Of a stretch of 64,000 nt of DNA, positions 31,478 to 43,755 are shown piece after piece. Both the position numbers and the translations under genes were made by a program. The notes beneath the pieces were generated by a model. The model ran no database searches. It was given only the letters and a program-made list of their open reading frames with translations, and was not told where the DNA came from. Position 1 is the stretch's first letter. Each line of letters starts with the position of its first letter. This DNA is from an uncultured Gammaproteobacteria bacterium (GTDB lineage Bacteria > Pseudomonadota > Gammaproteobacteria > UBA9214), in assembly GCA_963827755.1 (NCBI GenBank), contig CAWHCQ010000012.1, positions 32,001 to 96,000 on the forward strand, read 5' to 3'.

Positions 31478-32062
31478 ATGAAACACAAAAAAGCATTGCT
31501 CGTCACCGGGATTCTCATTATCGGCCTCGGCGCCTGGTTGAGGTTCGCCATTGCCGAAGGACCCGGGACGTCAGCACAGCCGGTGACCACTACCGGGGTG
31601 GAGAAAATCATCGACTCCGGGAAATACACGCGTCCTGCCGATAAAGAGTTAAAGGCCCGCCTGACGCCCCTGCAATATGATGTCACCCAGAAAGAAGCTA
31701 CTGAACGGCCTTTTGATAATGAGTACTGGAATAACAAGCAGGATGGCATTTACGTGGACATCGTATCCGGACAGCCGTTGTTCAGCTCACGGGACAAGTA
31801 CAAGTCGGGCACCGGCTGGCCAAGCTTTACCCGGCCAATATCAGACGCGGCCGTGGCCGCACATACAGACACGCGGTTTTTCATGAAGCGTACCGAACTG
31901 AAGAGCAGTATTGCCGCATCTCATCTCGGGCACGTGTTCGATGACGGCCCGCAGCCCACCGGCAAACGCTATTGCATCAACTCGGCATCCCTGAGATTTA
32001 TTCCCAGGGAAGAGCTTGCCGCCGAGGGCTATGCAGCGTACTTGCCGCTATTTGACCGGTAA
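31478..32062 (+). CDS. msrB: exported peptide-methionine (R)-S-oxide reductase
   Basis: [18 protein letters not shown] and RYCINSASL, with an N-terminal signal/anchor. Confidence 0.92.
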   Translation: MKHKKALLVTGILIIGLGAWLRFAIAEGPGTSAQPVTTTGVEKIIDSGKYTRPADKELKARLTPLQYDVTQKEATERPFDNEYWNNKQDGIYVDIVSGQPLFSSRDKYKSGTGWPSFTRPISDAAVAAHTDTRFFMKRTELKSSIAASHLGHVFDDGPQPTGKRYCINSASLRFIPREELAAEGYAAYLPLFDR

Positions 32063-32069
32063 CCCTCTG

Positions 32070-32492
32070 CTACATATGTGACTGATGCTCATAGTTACCG
32101 CAACCCCAGTAACTCAGGCCATCAAGCACAACGACGACTGTTGTCTCGTATGACTTGCCGGTTTCCGAGTCCAGGCATGCCTTGTCGGTCACTTGCACAT
32201 TAAACTGATGGTCCTTGCTGGGGATATTGTAGATGGTCGTCTTGTTTTTCCTGGTAAGCGTGTTTCCATAAAACGGATAGACGTAGCTGATCACGCCCTC
32301 ATCAGATTCAAATGTAACCTGGTGAGTGGTGTTATCAACCAGCAGGTACCAGTTCGGATCTTTTCCCAACGCCGTAAGGTTACCGTCTTTATTACCCGTA
32401 TAACCGCCAGCCACAGCCAGCTGGAATACCAGCATCAGGGACGCCGCGACAAAACAATAAACCGTCTTCATGATATGAGATTTCATCTTCAT
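32070..32492 (-). CDS. secreted hypothetical protein (COG3650-like)
   Basis: Signal peptide, ALG.DP.W, C.D...G..Y and a terminal YWGCG. Confidence 0.65.
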   Translation of the reverse strand: MKMKSHIMKTVYCFVAASLMLVFQLAVAGGYTGNKDGNLTALGKDPNWYLLVDNTTHQVTFESDEGVISYVYPFYGNTLTRKNKTTIYNIPSKDHQFNVQVTDKACLDSETGKSYETTVVVVLDGLSYWGCGNYEHQSHM

Positions 32493-32523
32493 TACTCCTT
32501 GTTTTTTGTATCATCCAACCCGT

Positions 32524-33702
32524 TCAGTTATACGATGCCCTGGCAGCATCCACTGCCACACCTGTGCTGATTGGCGCTTTCATGCTGCCGAGTACAGCAT
32601 CAAGCGCACCCAGACAGAATAGAACATTTGTTGTGTTGCTGGCAAAGCCCATTAGCCCGATACGCCAGATTTTCCCTGCCATGGCACCGAGACCTGCCCC
32701 TATTTCAAGGTTATATTCGCTCAGCAGGGCCGCCCTGACGGCGGCCTCGTCAACACCGTCCGGGATCGAAACCGCGTTCAGCTGGGGCAGACGCTGGCCT
32801 TCGGGTACGACGAACGACAGCCCCATGGCCTCGATACCCGCACGCAATGCCAGGTGATTCTTCTGGTGCCGCGCCCAGGAATTCTCGATGCCCTCTTCCT
32901 GCAGGATGACCAGGGCCTCGTGCAGTCCATAGAGGGTGTTGACGGGTGCCGTGTGATGATAGGCGCGCTTGGCGCCCCCGCCCCAGTATCCAAGAATCAG
33001 GTTCAGATCCAGGAACCAGCTCTGCACCTTCGTCTTCCGGCTGGTGATGACATCAATGGCCTTCTGGCTGAAGGTGACGGGCGACAGGCCCGGGACACAG
33101 GAGAGGCATTTCTGGGTTCCTGAATAAACTGCATCGAGTTTCCAGTCATCCACCATCAGGGGTGAACCGGCGAGTGAAGTAACCGTATCCGCGATGACCA
33201 GGCAGCCATGCTGACGGGCAATCTCCGCCAGGGTCTTCGCATCCGAGATCGCACCGGTTGATGTCTCGGCATGGACAAAGGCCAGGACTTTTGCATCGGG
33301 ATTGGCCTTCAGGGCCGCCTCGGCCTTGTGGGGATCGACAGCAACACCCCAGTCATCTTCAACCATGACTGCGGTGCCGCCACAGCGCTCGACATTTTCT
33401 TTCATACGCCCGCCGAAGACACCGTTCTGGCACACCACAACCTTGTCACCGGGTGACACCAGGTTTACAAAACACATCTCCATACCGGCAGAGCCAGGCG
33501 CGGAAACCGGCATCGTCAGGCTGTTGCTGGTCTGGAAGGCATAGCGCAACAGCTCTTTCATCTCGTCCATCATGGACACAAAAACAGGGTCAAGATGTCC
33601 GATGGTCGGGCGCGACATGGCCTCGAGGATGCGGGGATTGACGTCGGAAGGACCAGGCCCCATCAGGGTGCGAACAGGCGGGTGAAAGGACTGAATACTC
33701 AT
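32524..33702 (-). CDS. alanine-glyoxylate/serine-pyruvate aminotransferase (class V PLP)
   Basis: LMGPGPS, HAETSTG, SGTQKC and YHHTAP motifs. Confidence 0.92.
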   Translation of the reverse strand: MSIQSFHPPVRTLMGPGPSDVNPRILEAMSRPTIGHLDPVFVSMMDEMKELLRYAFQTSNSLTMPVSAPGSAGMEMCFVNLVSPGDKVVVCQNGVFGGRMKENVERCGGTAVMVEDDWGVAVDPHKAEAALKANPDAKVLAFVHAETSTGAISDAKTLAEIARQHGCLVIADTVTSLAGSPLMVDDWKLDAVYSGTQKCLSCVPGLSPVTFSQKAIDVITSRKTKVQSWFLDLNLILGYWGGGAKRAYHHTAPVNTLYGLHEALVILQEEGIENSWARHQKNHLALRAGIEAMGLSFVVPEGQRLPQLNAVSIPDGVDEAAVRAALLSEYNLEIGAGLGAMAGKIWRIGLMGFASNTTNVLFCLGALDAVLGSMKAPISTGVAVDAARASYN

Positions 33703-33835
33703 GAATGTGCCTCTTGCTTGCAGTGTATTTGATTGATGATCGTCACAAAGCGGAAATTCTAACACTTTCCGCCCGTCGGCCCACTATTTTCCTCAAACCA
33801 GGCGAGGAATATATATCCGGCTCAAGGCCCCCGGA

Positions 33836-35842
33836 TCAGCCGTGCAGGAAGCAGCGCACCCGGTGGTCAGCCGACCCGGTTTCCCGGGGATATTGCTGCC
33901 GGCACTGCGGCATGGCCTGCGGGCATCGGGGGTGGAAATGACACCCCCCGGGTGGATTCGATGGCGAGGGAAGATCGCCCTCGAGGCGAATGATCTCGCG
34001 CAGGGTATCCTTGTCAACAACCGGCACGGCAGACAGCAGGGCCTGGGTATAGGGATGCAGCGGCCGTTCCAGGACATTGGCAACCGTACCCTCTTCGACG
34101 ATACGACCGAGGTACATCACGGCGACCCTGTCTGCCAGGTAGGCGACCACTGAAATATTGTGCGTAATAAAAAGATAGGAGAGAGCGAGTTCATTTTGCA
34201 GCTGCTTGAGCAGGTTCAGTATCTGTGCCTGCACGGAAACATCAAGCGCACTGGTCGGCTCGTCACACACAATCAGGCGCGGGTCAACCGCCAGTGCACG
34301 CGCGATGCAGATGCGCTGTCGCTGGCCGCCGGAAAATTCATGCGGGTAACGCGGCAGGTGGTCTGCCGACAGACCAACCTGGGTGAATAACTGTTCAACG
34401 CGCCTACGCCGTTCACCACGATTCCTGCCGATACCCTGTGCAATCATGCCCTCTTCGACGATATCGCCAACCATCATGCGCGGGTTCATGGACGAGTACG
34501 GGTCCTGGAAAATAAACTGGAAGTCGGAACGCGCACGGCGCAGTCGCCTGCCCCCCAGCGTGGTCAACTCTGTGTTGTCGAAGCGCACGCTGCCATCCGT
34601 TGGCCTGATCAGCTGCAGGATGCTTTTTCCGACCGTTGTCTTGCCGCAACCGGATTCACCCACCAGCGCCTGCGTGCAGCCCGTGGGTATCTCCATGGAG
34701 ACACCGTCAACCGCGAACACATGGCCGACAACACGCTTGAAGACCCCCTTGTGAATCGGAAAGTGTACTTTCAGGCCGGAAACCTCGAGCAAGGGGACGG
34801 CATCCGTTGCCCGGTGCGTGACCAGTGCCTGATCCTGTCCGGCAGCAGCGGCTTGTTCAGGCGGTGTCAGGGTGTCATCAGCCAGGTGGCAGCGCACATG
34901 GCTGCCGGCAGATGAATCCAGCCAGCGAGGCACGTGGTCATGACAATAGTCCCAGGCATAATCACAGCGCGCTGCAAAGCGGCAGCCTGGAAACTCATGA
35001 TCCAGGGCAGGAACAGAGCCCTTTATCGTATCAAGGGCCCGGTCACGTTTTCTGACATCCGGCAGCGACTTGAACAGCTTCTGACTGTAGGGGTGCAGCG
35101 CACCGGCAAAAAACTGCTCGCGAGTGGACTCCTCCACCAGTTGCCCGGCATACATGACCGCCACGCGATCCGCCATGCCGGCGACAATGCCAAGGTCATG
35201 ACTTATCAGCAGGATCGCCATCCCGGTCTTCTGCTGCAGCTCCTGCAACAGCTCAAGTACCTGCGCCTGGATGGTTACATCGAGTGCCGTCGTTGGCTCA
35301 TCGGCAATCAGCAGGTCCGGTTCACCGGCCAGCGCGATGGAAATCATGACGCGCTGCTTCATACCGCCTGAAAGCTGGTGCGGGTACTCGCTGTAGCGAC
35401 GCTTTACATCCGGGATGCCCACCGCGTCCAGCAACTCCAGGACACGTTCCCTGGCAACGCGTCCTTTCATGCCATGATGCTGATGCAATACTTCCGCGAT
35501 CTGGCTGCCTATCGTCAATACCGGGTTAAGCGAGGTCGCTGCCTCCTGGAAGATCATGGCAATGCGCCGCCCGCGAATCGAGCGCATCCCGGCCTCGGGC
35601 AACAGCGTCAGGTCGGTACCCTCGAGGAATACATGTCCCCCGGTTATACGGCCAACGGGTTCCGGCAAGAGGCGCAAAATAGACAGCGCCGTCATGGATT
35701 TTCCGCAACCGGACTCTCCCAGCAAGGCATAGGTCTCACCCCTGCGGATCTCGAAGCTGACATCGTCGACCGGACGAATCGCATGTGCACCATGTCCGAG
35801 GCGTACCTTTACATTTTCCAGCCTGAGTAATGCTTCTGTCAT
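33836..35842 (-). CDS. peptide ABC transporter ATP-binding protein with two ATPase domains
   Basis: Two GESGCGK Walker A motifs, LSGGMKQR and FSGGQRQR, each followed by a Cys-rich oligopeptide tail. Confidence 0.95.
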   Translation of the reverse strand: MTEALLRLENVKVRLGHGAHAIRPVDDVSFEIRRGETYALLGESGCGKSMTALSILRLLPEPVGRITGGHVFLEGTDLTLLPEAGMRSIRGRRIAMIFQEAATSLNPVLTIGSQIAEVLHQHHGMKGRVARERVLELLDAVGIPDVKRRYSEYPHQLSGGMKQRVMISIALAGEPDLLIADEPTTALDVTIQAQVLELLQELQQKTGMAILLISHDLGIVAGMADRVAVMYAGQLVEESTREQFFAGALHPYSQKLFKSLPDVRKRDRALDTIKGSVPALDHEFPGCRFAARCDYAWDYCHDHVPRWLDSSAGSHVRCHLADDTLTPPEQAAAAGQDQALVTHRATDAVPLLEVSGLKVHFPIHKGVFKRVVGHVFAVDGVSMEIPTGCTQALVGESGCGKTTVGKSILQLIRPTDGSVRFDNTELTTLGGRRLRRARSDFQFIFQDPYSSMNPRMMVGDIVEEGMIAQGIGRNRGERRRRVEQLFTQVGLSADHLPRYPHEFSGGQRQRICIARALAVDPRLIVCDEPTSALDVSVQAQILNLLKQLQNELALSYLFITHNISVVAYLADRVAVMYLGRIVEEGTVANVLERPLHPYTQALLSAVPVVDKDTLREIIRLEGDLPSPSNPPGGCHFHPRCPQAMPQCRQQYPRETGSADHRVRCFLHG

Positions 35843-35860
35843 CGACGCTCTACCGGTGAA

Positions 35861-37270
35861 TCATCGTACGCGTGTCCGCGGATCGAAGGCATCGCGCACA
35901 GCATCGGAAAAGAGGTTTGCGGCAAGTACCAGCGCAAACATGAAAACAAAGGCGGCCAGCAGGGACCACCATACAACCGGCTCCCGCGCCATTTCCAGGC
36001 GGGCACTGTTGATCATATTGCCCCAGCTGTTCATGGTTGAATCCACGCCTACACCGACATAGGAAAGCACGGCCTCGGCCAGCACCAGGCCGCTGAAATC
36101 CAGCACCACGGTTATCAGCACGATGTGCATGACATTGGGCAGAATGTGCCGGGTAATCACCTTGCGATGGGAAACCCCGAAGGACACGGCCGCCTGGATG
36201 TACTCGGCCTCGCGCAATTTCAGCGACTCGCCGCGCAACAACCTGCACAGCCCTGTCCAGCTGGTTATGCCGAGAATAATACACAGGAATAACAAACGGA
36301 TATCTGCTCTTTCTTCAGTAGTTTCGAAGTATTCCGGGTGGTTGGCCATGAATACCTGCAACATCAGGATGGCGGCGGCGATCAGCAACACGCCGGGGAT
36401 GGAATTCAGGGTGGTATAGATATACTGCACGACGTCGTCAATCCAGCCGCGCATATAGCCGGCAAGAATACCCATCATGATGGCAAAAGGCAGCATCACC
36501 AGGGTTGTAAGACTGCCGATAAGCAGGCCGGTGCGGATGCTCTTCAGGGTGAGATAGAAAACATCCTGGCCGACCTTGTCAGTCCCGAACACGTGGTAGG
36601 CCGCGGCGAGATTGACTGAAAGAAAAACGAGCAACAGCAGTGTGCCGATCGTAACCAGGATGACTCGCCACGGGAGAACGGTTGTCTGCGCCAGGATGTC
36701 ATTTATCTTGCTGCGCACACCCGTCCCGTCACGCCTGGCCAGCAAGGCCGCCAGCAGGACAAGCATCAGCACGGTACCCAGCAGCCCCTCGACCAGGGCA
36801 AGCAGGCAACGGTGGAGGATATCCTCCCCCCTGCCCTTGCCCGTGTCCTGCAGATGACGCCCGCCATATTCCAGCGGGGGATAGGCACGGACCTCGCGCC
36901 CATCGGGCAGTGACAGGGTTTCCCTGGCATACAGGTGTGTTGCAAACGGTGCGGAGTAGGTTTTCTCGACCCGGGTACGCAGCGGACCCATCAGTACATC
37001 CAGCACACTCAGGACATCACCCGAATAATGGACTTCAGCCCCTGTGCCGTTATTTTCAAGCGAGCGCCGAAAGTGGATGGAGTCGAGCATGCCGATAACA
37101 ACAAAGGCCAGTAATATGACCGCCGATGCCGAGGCCATTCGGCCGCTGAATACACGCAGCCACGGCTCTCTTATATGCGGTTTTTTACGCGCGTAGAGAA
37201 TAAATACAACGACGACTGCAAACAGCAGGTAGAGCAGAACATCTGTCGTCAGCAGGACCGGCTTGATCAT
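35861..37270 (-). CDS. peptide ABC transporter permease with N-terminal insertion
   Basis: GTDKVGQD, HILPN, AEAVLSYVGVG and DAFDPR. Confidence 0.9.
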   Translation of the reverse strand: MIKPVLLTTDVLLYLLFAVVVVFILYARKKPHIREPWLRVFSGRMASASAVILLAFVVIGMLDSIHFRRSLENNGTGAEVHYSGDVLSVLDVLMGPLRTRVEKTYSAPFATHLYARETLSLPDGREVRAYPPLEYGGRHLQDTGKGRGEDILHRCLLALVEGLLGTVLMLVLLAALLARRDGTGVRSKINDILAQTTVLPWRVILVTIGTLLLLVFLSVNLAAAYHVFGTDKVGQDVFYLTLKSIRTGLLIGSLTTLVMLPFAIMMGILAGYMRGWIDDVVQYIYTTLNSIPGVLLIAAAILMLQVFMANHPEYFETTEERADIRLLFLCIILGITSWTGLCRLLRGESLKLREAEYIQAAVSFGVSHRKVITRHILPNVMHIVLITVVLDFSGLVLAEAVLSYVGVGVDSTMNSWGNMINSARLEMAREPVVWWSLLAAFVFMFALVLAANLFSDAVRDAFDPRTRVR

Positions 37271-38244
37271 GTCAGGCGCACCCTTGGATCAACAAGGGTA
37301 TACGAGATATCGACCAGTATCAGACCGAGGATATAGAGCAAGGTACCAAGAAACACCATGGCACGGACAATTGCGAAATCCTGGTTCCTGATCGCATCAA
37401 TCGTATAGCTTCCAAGCCCGGGGATGGAAAAGAAGGATTCCAGCAGCAGACTACCCATAAACAACAACGGCAGGATGACGACCACACCGGTAACAATCGG
37501 CACCAGCGCATTTCTGAGAATATGACGAAACAGGACCAGCGATTCTGCAAGCCCCTTGGCGCGCGCCATGCGCACATAATCCTTGCCGGCCTCTTCCAGG
37601 AAGAAGGTCCGGTACCAGCGGGAACCGGAACCAATCCCGCTGACCACGCCGATCACAACCGGCAAGACAAGAAACCTGAGGGCATCAACACCCGTTTCAT
37701 AACCCGAAATAGGCATCAGTCGCAGCAGTTTTGCCAGCAGGTATTGTCCCCCGATGATATAAAACATGGCGGAGATCGACATCAGCATGACGCAGACGAC
37801 AACGCCTGACACATCGAGATAGGTGCCCCGGAAAAAGGCCATCATCATGGCAAAGGTGATATTAACCAGCAAGCCGACGATCAATACCGGCACTGCAATT
37901 GCCAGGCTCGGCATCATCCGCTGGCTGATGTCGTAGCTGATATCGCGGCCTTCGTCCGAGTAGCCGAAGTCGAGCGCAAACAGGCGCACCGATTTTTCGT
38001 AGAAAATTGTATGGGTCAGCTTTTCCATCCCGCTGCCGGCCTCGTTCAACAGCAGCGGCTTGTCATAGCCGTGATCGGCCTTCCACTTCTCGACAGCCTC
38101 GACGGTAACACGCTTCATACCCAGGTGCATGCGCGCCATATCGTCCGGAGTGTTGACCACAAAGAACAGGTAAAAGGTAAGCAGGTTGACACCGATCAGT
38201 ATCGGTATTGCATAGGCCACGCGCCTGACGATATAGGCAAACAT
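37267..38244 (-). CDS. peptide ABC transporter permease
   Basis: MFAYIVRR start, ARAKGL, ESFFSIPGLG and DPRVR. Confidence 0.9.
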   Translation of the reverse strand: MFAYIVRRVAYAIPILIGVNLLTFYLFFVVNTPDDMARMHLGMKRVTVEAVEKWKADHGYDKPLLLNEAGSGMEKLTHTIFYEKSVRLFALDFGYSDEGRDISYDISQRMMPSLAIAVPVLIVGLLVNITFAMMMAFFRGTYLDVSGVVVCVMLMSISAMFYIIGGQYLLAKLLRLMPISGYETGVDALRFLVLPVVIGVVSGIGSGSRWYRTFFLEEAGKDYVRMARAKGLAESLVLFRHILRNALVPIVTGVVVILPLLFMGSLLLESFFSIPGLGSYTIDAIRNQDFAIVRAMVFLGTLLYILGLILVDISYTLVDPRVRLT

Positions 38245-40470
38245 CAATGCTTTTCCTGGTAGGCCGGCATGCGCTGGTGTTTGCGAAAACCGAGATAGGC
38301 CGGCAACACGACAACCAGCAACAGCACGGCCAGCAGCAGCAGCGGCCAGCGCACCGGTTGATTCCACTGCGCCCGCAGCTGCGCACGCTGCAGCGGATCG
38401 ATACGCCTGTATTTAAGCGAATTATTGGCCATCAGGTTTGGTTTGACATTCACGTACCAGCTATGGCGCAGGGAATAATCCTTGGGGAAATATCCCCATA
38501 CCCAGGGGGCATCATAACGCGCAATGGCAATAATCTCGTCTATCAGGGCCTGGCGTTGCGGGCTGTTCTCCATGTTCTTCATCTGTTCGAACAGCGCATC
38601 GAACCGGGGATTCCGGTAATTCGCTGCATTTTCGCCGTTCTTGCCGACCTTGATGTTCGGACCATAGAGCAGAAACAGGAAATTTTCCGGATCCGGGTAA
38701 TCGGCATTCCAGCCCCACTGGAATATCTGGGCTGTGCCCTTGAGCATTTTATCCTGAAAGCGGTTGTAGTCCGTGGCGCGGATAACCAGTTGAATATCCA
38801 GTTTTGCAAACTGCTTGCGCAACCAGTCAAGCTGCGCCTTGGAATCCGGTCCGGACTGCGGCCGTGTCGAAATGCAGCACCAGCGGCTTGCCGGTGACGG
38901 CATCACGCCCGTCCGGATAACCAGCCTCAACGAGCAATTGCCGGGCCGTCTCCAGGGGTTTGCGGCGCACGCCGGCTGCGGTGAAATCATAGACATACTG
39001 ATTGATACCCGCCTCGCCTTCAGTATGCCCGAAGATCCCCTGCGGAATCGGCCCCTGGGCCGGGATGCCACGACCGTTCAGAAAAATCGATATGTACTCT
39101 TCGAAATCAATTGCAATGGATATCGCGTGACGCAGTTTCCGGGCGCGTTCGGACTGGCCGCCGACCACCGGGTCGAGCATGTTGAAGCCGGTGTAATACA
39201 TCGACGTGGATACCGAGGTATTCAACACGATACCCTGCGCGCGCATGACCTCCGTCAGGTTGGTTTCACCGCCCGAACCCACGGTGACGGCCTGGTCAAA
39301 GCTGTCGGATGCGATCCCTGAGGAATCGTAATAACCCTGCAGAAACTTGTTCCAGTAGGGAATGGTCTCTTTCTCAAGACTGAAGGTAACCTGGTCAATG
39401 AAAGGCAACGGGCGGCCTGCATCATCGAGCAGCCCCGCCTCCCCGTCACCGGGTTCTCCTTCCAGCGGGTAGGTTTCGCCATGAAAATTCGGGTTGCGGC
39501 TGAGGACCATCTGCCGATTCGGATTATTCACGGTAAGCATATAAGGCCCGGTCCCGACCGGGTACCAGTCCAGGGTGATATTGCGTTCCTTCATCCCCGG
39601 CTGCGAATAGAAGCGGTCGGCTTCATGTGGAACCGGCGCAAAGAACGGCATCGCCAGCCAGTAAAGCAATTGCGGATATTTACCCTGTATCGTGATTCTG
39701 TAGGTGTAGCGATCGACCAGCTCCACGCCTGCCAGCGGGTATTGTTGCAAATCCAGATAGACGCCTTCTTTCTGCCCGGCTGCGAGCGACTCGTAGGCAC
39801 TCGACAGGGTCTGCTGGTAGGCCTCCAGGCCGACGATATAGTCACTCATCAAGCCAAAGATCGGGGAATGCAGGCGGGGATGTGCCAGTCGTTTCAGCTG
39901 GTAGACATAATCAGCCGCTGTCAGCTCCCGTGTACCGGTTTTACTGAAGTCTGCCAGTGTATGAATCGGCGCCAGTTGATCGGCCGTCATATCGAGGTAG
40001 ACCGGCCGCCCCTGTGCGTCGCGGGCAAAGGCCGGATGCGGCTGATACTGGATACCCGGTTTGATCCTGATCTCGTAAACGCTGAATGCAATGTCATCGG
40101 TATTCGCGTCAGCGGGCAGACGACTGCCTTGCGCGTCGAGGTAGACGGCTGCGGGCATTTCAGTTGCCGTCAGCGGAATCAGTTCATAGGGCCGTTTCAG
40201 GTAGTGATATTGCAGCGGGGGCTCGTAGATCTGCCCGGTGAACGTGACCTCGTTGGAACTGTAGGACTGTGCCGGATCGAGGTGGTTCGGTCGCTCCCGA
40301 AAAGACGAATACAGGATGTTCAGCCTGGCCTCGTCTGCAGGATACGGACTGTTCCAGGGACCATTGTCACAGGCCGCGAGCATTACGCTGCCCAGGACCA
40401 CCAGCAGCCTGAAGTGTCTCGCCAGGCAAGGAAGCAGCATGTCAATATCGGTTTCCGCAGGGGCAGCCAT
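38244..40470 (-). CDS. family 5 ABC substrate-binding lipoprotein with C-terminal TM helix (frameshift near 38857)
   Basis: Lipobox LAAC, LDPAQSY and GTGPY. It continues in the next frame through WNADYPDPENFL to a hydrophobic tail. Confidence 0.87.
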
Positions 40471-40621
40471 AAGCCGCCCATTATAATGACCCGCTGCGCA
40501 GGTACCATGCCCGCGTGCACTTCACCCGGACGGTGTTTTCCGGTACCGTAGCGACTCCTTCCCCGGTGCCTGCATGAATGCCGGGGGTTCATCTGTCAAA
40601 ATACATCGTGAAGGTAGCAGC

Positions 40622-41410
40622 ATGGGTTTTATGAGCGGAAAGCGTGTTCTCATCGTCGGCGTAGCCAGCAATCGTTCCATCGCCTGGGGTATCGCCCGGG
40701 CCATGCATCGCGAGGGGGCCGAACTGGCCTTCAGCTACCCGAACGAAAAAATGGGCGCCCGGGTAAGCAAACTGGCAGCCGAACTGGGCGCGGACATCGT
40801 CCTGCCCTGCGATGTCGGCAGTGACGAGCAGATCGAGACACTCTTTACCGACCTCGGCAAGCACTGGGATGGCCTGGACGTCATCGTCCACTCGGTCGCC
40901 TTTGCCCCGGCTGACCAGCTTGCCGGCGATTACCTCGAATGCGTCACGCGCGAGGGTTTCGCTATTGCCCACGACATCAGCTCCTACAGCTTTGCAGCTC
41001 TCGCCAAGGCGGGACATGCCATGATGAAGGGCCGCAAGGGTTCATTGCTGACCCTGAGCTACCTCGGTGCCGTGCAAACCATACCCAATTACAACGTCAT
41101 GGGTGTCGCCAAGGCCAGCCTCGAGGCCAACGTCCGCTACCTCGCGCAGAGCCTCGGCCCCGAGGGTATCCGGGTGAATGCCATCTCGGCCGGTCCTATC
41201 AGGACACTGGCCGCGGCCGGCATCAGTAATTTCCGTAAATTGCTGGATTGTTTTGCGGGCGCCGCCCCGCTGCGCCGCAACGTCACGATAGAAGATGTCG
41301 GCAATGCCGCCGCCTTCCTCTGTTCGGACCTGGCGGCCGGCATTACCGGTGAGATCACCTATGTTGACGGCGGGTTCAACACCGTGGGGCTGACGCTGCC
41401 TGAGCAATAG
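40622..41410 (+). CDS. fabI: enoyl-ACP reductase
   Basis: [19 protein letters not shown] and AGPIRTLAA. Confidence 0.96.
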   Translation: MGFMSGKRVLIVGVASNRSIAWGIARAMHREGAELAFSYPNEKMGARVSKLAAELGADIVLPCDVGSDEQIETLFTDLGKHWDGLDVIVHSVAFAPADQLAGDYLECVTREGFAIAHDISSYSFAALAKAGHAMMKGRKGSLLTLSYLGAVQTIPNYNVMGVAKASLEANVRYLAQSLGPEGIRVNAISAGPIRTLAAAGISNFRKLLDCFAGAAPLRRNVTIEDVGNAAAFLCSDLAAGITGEITYVDGGFNTVGLTLPEQ

Positions 41411-41769
41411 CTACTCGAGTACCAGCCAGGTGCAGGGTGCGCTTCGCACGCCGGCAACTGTCAAATCATCGCGTCCCGGCGATGAGGTCTTTAGCCGGGC
41501 GAATCAGCTGTCTGGCTAGCAATCCAGCGGCATTTATGTATATGTATCAAAGACTTTACAGAGCAAGGTCCTTCCCCTAAATATTCCATTCCCTCGGCCG
41601 ATACAGTCTGCGAGAAGTCACGGGCTGCCTGTTGGGGCTTCTCGCGCTGGCGTTCGTTGACAATTTTATGCAGCCCGTCGGCAAAGACTTAACTTTGCCT
41701 TTTTGCAGCCGCTACAGCCCTAAGCAGAGTCGGTTGCTTATATGGTGGAGCCACAGGGTAGAACTACGA

Positions 41770-42273
41770 ATGCTGATTAAACAAAAAGGATTCACACTGC
41801 TCGAGCTCATCGTGACGATGAGTGTTGCCATTATTTTGCTTACGGTAGGCGTGCCGAGTTTCCGCGATGTCGTCAAGAACAGCCGCATTACCGCCCAGAC
41901 GAACGAGTTCCTTGCCAGTGTCAATCTTGCGCGCAGCGAGGCCGTGAAGCGTGGTGAAACCATGATCCTGTGCCCCAGCGAGGACGGGGTCGAATGCGAG
42001 GAGGACGAGGTGAAGGACACCGACTGGTCGATTGGCCTGATCCTGCTGGATGCCTCCGATACAGTCGTTCGTGAATGGGATCCGATCGATGCCGGCAGCA
42101 CCTTCACGGCGAACTCCGGATTTCTGCAGTACCTCGACACGGGGGTTCTTCCGGGCGCTGCGGTCAGCTTCTCACTGGAAGTCTACAAGTGCAGAGGTCA
42201 TCAAAAACGCACCGTCATTCTCAGCCGCCAGGGACATGCAACAGTTCAGACAACTACCTGTTCAACGACATGA
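41770..42273 (+). CDS. fimT: GspH/FimT-family minor pilin
   Basis: Prepilin motif KGFTLLEL and ARSEAVKR. Confidence 0.85.
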   Translation: MLIKQKGFTLLELIVTMSVAIILLTVGVPSFRDVVKNSRITAQTNEFLASVNLARSEAVKRGETMILCPSEDGVECEEDEVKDTDWSIGLILLDASDTVVREWDPIDAGSTFTANSGFLQYLDTGVLPGAAVSFSLEVYKCRGHQKRTVILSRQGHATVQTTTCSTT

Positions 42274-42782
42274 ATAAAATGAATACCCATCTCAACAATA
42301 CCAGCCCCCGGCACCGCTTCCGCGGATTTGCGCTGCTGGAGATTCTGATCACGCTACTGGTCGTGTCCATCGGTTTGCTTGGGCTTGCGTCTTTGCAGAT
42401 TAGCGGAATGCGCGCCAACCAGATGGGCTTTATGCGCAGCCAGGCAGTCCTGGCCGCCTATGACATGGCCGACAGGATCCGTGCCAACCCCGCTGCCGCC
42501 GCGGCAGGCAGCTATGACGGCAGCCCGGCCGCGGCGACCGTCGACTGTGTCGGCGCAGACAATGCCTGTACGACTGGACAGATGGCCACCTATGACAAGG
42601 ACGCCTGGCTGAACACACTGACGGTGTTACCCGGCGGCGCTGGCGAGGTGGTCGACGACGGTAGCGACAATTACACCATCATCGTGCGCTGGGATGAAGA
42701 GCGCAGCGGCGCGACCGGCACGGATTGCCCGCCGAAAACAGACACCGATCTGCGCTGCTACAGCCTCGGGATCGCACTATGA
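42270..42782 (+). CDS. pilV: type IV pilus minor pilin PilV
   Basis: RGFALLEIL, GLLGLASLQ, DMADRIRAN and LPGG motifs. Confidence 0.88.
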   Translation: MNKMNTHLNNTSPRHRFRGFALLEILITLLVVSIGLLGLASLQISGMRANQMGFMRSQAVLAAYDMADRIRANPAAAAAGSYDGSPAAATVDCVGADNACTTGQMATYDKDAWLNTLTVLPGGAGEVVDDGSDNYTIIVRWDEERSGATGTDCPPKTDTDLRCYSLGIAL

Positions 42783-43745
42783 ACAAACACCCGCTTGCCA
42801 GTCATGCCGCGCCCGGCGCGCTGCGTTGCAGGGGCTTCACCCTGGTAGAACTGATGATCGCAATGCTGCTGGGCCTGATCCTCATGGCCGGCATAATCAG
42901 CATCTTCCTGAGCAGCAAACAGACCTATGCAGCCGTGCATGTACTGGCCAGGCTGCAGGAGAATGGCCGTTATGGCATCGACATCATCAGCAGTGACCTG
43001 CGCCGCGCCGGCTACCTGAGCGGTAATGCGAGTGTCGATACCATCGGCGGCACCGAGGGCGTGTCGACCACGGACGGCAGCTGCCTGACGTCAGGCACCA
43101 CCTGGGGCAGGATGATCGAACGCCGCGTCTTCGGTCTGGATGACACCAATGCGGGATACGCCTGCATTCCCGACTCGGCCTACACGCGGGGTGATGTGCT
43201 CACCGTGCGTTATGCCTCAACCGTGGAAGCGACAAGCTTTTCCGGCAACCGCGTCTACCTGCGCAGTTCGCTGTTCGAGGGGCGCGTCTTCAAGGGCTCC
43301 AGTGAAAGCAGCAACACCATTATTGAGAACCCGCAGACAACACGGGAGCTGGTGGCACATAGCTATTACATCGGTCCCTCCAGTGCGGAATGTCCGGCGG
43401 GAACCGCGGTCCCTGCCCTGCACTGGCTGAGCATGGACGACAACGGCCTGCCCGCAAGCGAGGAACTCGTGGTGGGAGCTGAACATTTGCAACTGCAGTA
43501 CGGTGTGGACACCGACGCCAACGGATCCGTTGAACAGTATCTCGATGCCGACACCATCAGCACGAGTGCCGCATTCGACTGGAATGATGTCATCGCGGTA
43601 CGCGCTCTGGTTGCTGGTGCGCGGCGAGTGCGCGGAGAACGGCCTCGACAACACCAATACCTACGTCATGGGTGATCAGACCTATACACCCGACGATGAT
43701 TTCCGCCGCCAGCTCTACACGACGACCGTGATGTTGCGTAACTGA
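42779..43745 (+). CDS. pilW: type IV pilus minor pilin PilW (frameshift near 43604)
   Basis: RGFTLVELMIA, LQENGR and LQLQYGVD. The tail LWLLVR...TTVMLRN is in the next frame. Confidence 0.87.
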
Positions 43746-43755
43746 GGAAACAAGT

